In this document: positions 59,386 to 64,000 of the stretch, in pieces
Layout of the letters: each line of letters opens with the position of its first letter
Numbering within the stretch: the first letter of the stretch is position 1
NCBI GenBank assembly: GCA_010405405.1
Contig: MU004244.1
Span: forward strand, 809,895-873,894
DNA: 64,000 nucleotides
Reading direction: 5' to 3'
Source of the DNA: Microthyrium microscopicum
Taxonomy: Eukaryota
Notes under the pieces: model-generated
Database searches by the model: none
Seen by the model: only the letters and a program-made list of their open reading frames with translations
Told to the model about the DNA's origin: nothing
Translations under genes and position numbers: made by a program

Positions 59386-61413
59386 ATGGCTGCCACGCGA
59401 AACAAGTCGAAAGACAATCAGCAGTCCGCTGCTAATACTGTTAATTCAGTGCCTCCAGCCGACGAAAAGAGAGCTAAAGGCAAATCTGAAGGTAGGTTAA
59501 ACTCATTACATGACACTACACCCCGATCAATTGCTTCTGCTTTGCTTCATGACTTGCGCAGCAAATGCCCATCACTTGAATCGATCTTCTGCGCGCAACA
59601 GTAATCGATTGATTCGGACATACTGCATTTCCCCTTTTGGCAAGATTGTTATTTCATTCCAATGCATAACACGTCAATGGTCTCTTTGTTTCAAATACCT
59701 CCCACCCGACGAACATCATCCATTTAAAAAACCATGTACCGCGATTTTGGTCGCTTTGCAATAATGGAGACGCGCTCTTGGTTTCCAGCTGATCTGGGCA
59801 TCTCACCTGATGTCTTGCAGCTCAGGCTTGCTGTTGTATTTCATTTTGATTACTTGATTGCTTGTCGAATGTCTTCATTGACCGTTGTAGCGTTTGCTGA
59901 TATAATTTCTCAACAGCCAATGCTACCACTTCCGAAGACCAAAAGAATGCCATGACCGGCCAACCATTAGGTCCTCCTCCAAAACCAAACCAAGCCAATG
60001 GCAATGATGGTCCTGGATATTTCGACTCTGTTCATAGCAACGGTCCCAACGCCAATGGAGCTTATGGTGCTGAACCAAACCCATTCGAAGAACAGTTTGG
60101 TGGTAAATCAGCGGATACACCCGGTAAAATTGGCCTTCCCCCACTGGCTTCGTTGACTTCTCCCTCTTCACTGCTGCCCAATGATACACCTGGCTGGGCT
60201 TCTCTTAGATCTGGACCCTTGAGTCCTGCCATGCTTGCAGGACCAGCAACCTCTGACTATTTTGATCCTGGATACAATCGCGGTTTCCCAACTCCAAATG
60301 AGTCTAGTCTTAGAACAGGCCTAACTCCAGGCGGTACGGGTAGCATGTTCCCGGCTCCAAGCCCAGGATCAGCGCTATTCAATACCAATCTCGGTCTTAG
60401 TACTCCTAGTGGCCTTGACTTCATGCGTGCTGCTAAGAGCTCCACCAATGGTCTTGGTCCGACATCTCAGCCGATGGAGACACCAACATCTCAGGGCATG
60501 GACTTGAAGATGCCAGTACCACAAGCCAATGCCTTTGATCCCGGGCACGCCGATACTGATGCGGCCAACGGCCTCTTCTTGTTGGCACAATCGAATGGAG
60601 CTAGACAGTCAAACGGTTTCCCTCCTCAACAAGCCTCGCAAGCCAGCTCATCGGCTGCGAATCAGGCCCCTCCAGCTCCAAGCCAGGGACGAAATGGCAC
60701 AAAAGCATCCATCGGTAGCAACTCAACAAACATGGACATGGACGACCTGTCGGACAGCGATCAAAGCGAGGAAATGACTACTAAACCTATCACAACTCGC
60801 TCTCGCGGCAAGAAATCGGCATCGGAAACAAAATCGACACCAAATAACCGAAGGAAGGCCACTGATTCAGCCGGTAAAGGCCCTGCTGCCAAGCGAGCGA
60901 GAAACAGTATCGCGCAAGATAAAATGGAGTCCAGTCCAATAGACGATGAGGAAATGACCCATAAAGACGGCAAAAAGATGAATGACGAAGAAAAGCGGAA
61001 GAATTTCCTAGAGCGCAACCGGTAACATATACCTCAAACTACAGCCAAAGTATTTGACTAACTTCCCTAGTGTGGCTGCTCTCAAATGTCGACAGCGCAA
61101 GAAGCAATGGCTGGCGAACCTCCAAAACAAATGCGACTTGTACACGCAAGAAAACGATGCTTTGACTCACACTGTAAATCAACTGAAGGATCAACTGGTC
61201 TCCATGCGAAACCTACTCATTCAACATAAAGACTGCCCAGTCACGTTACAGCATGCCAATCTCGGGGCGGCCTTTAACCAAATAATGAATCAGGATCCAA
61301 TGATGCAATATGCTCAAACGAACAATGGCGCCGTTCAACCAATGACCATGATGTTTCCAGACGGACGACAACAGCTACCAACAAGCCAAGGACATGTCCT
61401 CCCAAGGTCATAG
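59386..61413 (+). CDS. atfA: bZIP ATF/CREB transcription factor AtfA/Atf1
   Basis: Aft1-type motifs EPNPFE, LRSGPLSPAML and TPNESSLRTGLTPG; bZIP KRKNFLERNRVAALKCRQRKK. Introns 59492-59916 and 61022-61070. Confidence 0.93.
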
Positions 61414-62637
61414 AACGGCCTAGCTGGGGCTAGTTCATACGATAACTTGCCAGCGTGACGATCCACAAGAAGCATTTCACTCCATGCGTGGCGGCAACGA
61501 CGATACACTAATGGAATACGATACATTAATCCTGACATGTGATTTGGCGCACAGAACCCACTGCCCATTTCAAAAGATTGATCCCGACTCTCAGTACACA
61601 AAATTCTCACCAGGAAGCAACCTTCTGGATTGTATAACAGACTTTTTTCCTTCCTTTTTAGTCTTGCCTTTAATATTTAACACTGGTTTCAAATGTTGGC
61701 ACACTTGTCATAGCCTTCTCAGTTGCAAAACATCCTGGCGTCTGGATGGCCTTTACTTACACACTGGGGAATGGAGTTGACAAAGGGCGCTTTTATTGAG
61801 TATCTTTTTGATTGCTTTGATCAAAAAGATACATGCATGATATGATTCGGGATGATATGGGTGGTTGAGTGCTGTACATAACTGAGCGTTCTGGCCTTCC
61901 TAGTCACTTAGGACGGGTGGACTGGGTTGGGTGTCGGTTTGCTCTCGGCGTTGTGCTGCATTCTTCCTTCATGGCGTTTACCCTACATTTGGAAAATTAT
62001 GGACCAAGTGCAAGCGGGACCGCCCAAGCGGTGTGTGGTTGATGTTAGTTTTCGCAATGAAATGCAATCATTCACAATATTCTTTGGCTGTCTGTCCATG
62101 TCTGACCGTGAAAATGCTTGAAACCACAATTAGACTGAGATCAAGTTGAAGTATGACAACTATTGAATCGGCTCTCTGGTGTCAAGATAATTGAGCACTT
62201 CGAAATGGAACTGCCGTCGCGTACGTTAGCTGCCAACAATTTTCTCAAACAGTGACTGCTGTAATTCTCACCAATTCGATACTTCCAAAAGTTCCATGAA
62301 GCTCAACTCGGATTGAAGCTTTTTCTAATTACGAAGCCTCGTGGCAGACATCATGGTGTTCTATGATCATAGTAGTAGTAATGGAGTCAAGCAATACCTC
62401 AATCAGGCTGAGAGAAAGGCTGAAAATCCAGGGTGAGTATCAGAAGATCGAGCCTCGGAGATATCAACCCTACATCACTCAGAAAGAATCTAGCTGTGCG
62501 TTCAATTTAACCGCGGCTAGACTAGCAATTTATGCAGCTCACAGCTACTACCTTGACACTCCAACCATTTCAAAACCCAGCTCGAATCGCAACGTTGACT
62601 TTGACTGAAGTAGTTGAACTCTCTGATTTTCGCTAGG

Positions 62638-63542
62638 ATGTCTACAAATATCAATGATCTTTTTAGCGTTAAGGTTGGTACTTCTTCCGCCTCTCTAAGC
62701 AAATGCTGACTTTATCTGAAAAGGGCAAAGTAGTTCTCGTGACAGGCGGAGCAAAAGGCATCGGTCGCATGATAAGCGAAGGCTTTGTACAAAACGGAGC
62801 AAAGGTCTATATTTCGAGTCGCGATGCTGCGGCATGTGAACAGGCCTGCCAGGAGCTCAATGCTCTAGGAAAAGGCACAGCTGTCGCCATTCCCGCCGAC
62901 TTTTACAAAGAAGCAGACTGCAAGAAGCTTGCTGAAGAGCTTGCCAAGCGCGAAACAAGTATATTTCCCCTACCCTTGGTTGATATCTCGGAACATGGCT
63001 AACCTGTGGTGCTAAAAGAACTCCATGTCCTCGTCAATAACAGCGGTAGCAACTGGGGCGAAACCTACGACTCTTATCCTGAAGCTGCCTGGACTCGCGT
63101 CCTCACTCTCAACCTGCACCGCGTCTTCACTATCACTCAGCTCGTCACTCCACTTCTCGAAGCCGCCAGCAGCCCGGCTGATCCCTCTCGTGTCATCAAC
63201 ATCGGCAGTGTCGACGGATTACGTGTACCTGCTCTCGAAACATTTGCCTATAGCGCAAGTAAGGCTGGTTTACATCATTTGTCGAGAGTTTTGGCACATC
63301 ATTTAGGCCAAAGACAGATCACAAGTAACGTCATTGCGTGTGGCCCCTTCGAGAGCAAGATGATGAAGGCGACACTGGAGAAGTTCAAGGATAGCATCGA
63401 GGCGAATATTCCACTGGGCAGAATAGGCAGTCCGCAGGACGTAGCGGGGACTTGTCTGTTTTTGAGTAGTCGTGCGGGAGCCTATGTGAACGGAGCTACG
63501 ATACCGTTGGATGGTGGCACTGTAATTGCGGCGCGAATGTAA
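62638..63542 (+). CDS. Short-chain dehydrogenase/reductase (RhlG-like), PTS1-like ARM terminus
   Basis: TGGAKGIG, VNNSG and YSASK. Introns 62674-62723 and 62959-63018, both with AAG acceptors. Confidence 0.92.
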
Positions 63543-63666
63543 GATCTTGCATAATACACTACGAATAAAGTGGCGTAAAAGGGTATTATCTGTATTCGTT
63601 GCTACATAAGCATGTAAATGGTCTATATTGTGAATTTCGTCTCCATCTTGGTCTTCGAAAGCAAGC

Positions 63667-64000
63667 TCAGCTGCCGCGATATGTCGTATAGTTGTAAGGT
63701 CCTAGCAGTACTGGAACATGCCAATGTGGTTGCGAAGCTCCTTGAGCAAGTCCTTTGTAGCCAGTCGTCTGGAAGTGAATCTCCACTTCAGGGAAGAATG
63801 GCTTGATGTCTTTCTTTTCCCAGTATTCTCTTGTTTCAAAGGTCAATGTGCACCACATATCGCCCGAAGCCGACTCGAAGAGAGTCTGAACGTCACTGCC
63901 ACTTCCCTTCCATTCAGTGACACGCCCGTCGCCATTTGTGAGGCCAGAGAACTCTCCTGCCAGTTTTGCATCTTGATCCGCAGATTCAGCAATGTTTACT
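63667..64000 (-). CDS. 5-hydroxyisourate hydrolase (transthyretin-like), 3' part only
   Basis: Open frame to the window edge: TNGDGR, FFPEVEI and HVPVLLGPYNYTTYRGS*. YRGS is the family signature. Confidence 0.9.
   Translation of the reverse strand, partial: VNIAESADQDAKLAGEFSGLTNGDGRVTEWKGSGSDVQTLFESASGDMWCTLTFETREYWEKKDIKPFFPEVEIHFQTTGYKGLAQGASQPHWHVPVLLGPYNYTTYRGS

Noticed and set aside
1..64000. Many overlapping or antisense ORFs in the track; also tRNA, rRNA, transposons, CRISPR and a secondary-metabolite cluster
   Set aside because: The shadow ORFs are alternative frames of real genes. I saw no signatures of the other feature types.

Overview
Gene-dense eukaryotic genomic DNA from a filamentous ascomycete. 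GT-AG introns of about 50 nt with CTAAC branch points and the protein families present suggest Pezizomycotina, possibly Dothideomycetes (inference). About 24 protein genes are visible. Most are housekeeping: eIF4G, a thiolase, Slh1/ASCC3 helicase, Nog1, queuine tRNA-ribosyltransferase, a GNAT, Lhs1, Def1, Gal1, an F-box protein, an AAA ATPase, spherulin-4/GH135, 2-isopropylmalate synthase, acyl-CoA thioesterase, Xaa-Pro peptidase, AtfA, an SDR and HIU hydrolase. Three small Cys-rich secreted proteins are also present, one of them missing from the ORF track. I saw no tRNA, rRNA, transposon or CRISPR. The most notable unexplained signals are: (1) a hairpin-dense ~800-nt non-coding tract divergent from LHS1, preceded by a UPRE-like motif and a TATA-like box; (2) a second structured ~1.4-kb tract divergent from eIF4G; (3) long, in-frame, stop-free introns in the low-complexity regions of eIF4G and Def1; (4) a start-stop uORF upstream of atfA; (5) a 10-nt micro-exon carrying the TGT DSGG motif and a GC-AG intron in the IPM synthase gene. 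All base-pairings were found by eye and have not been tested statistically.
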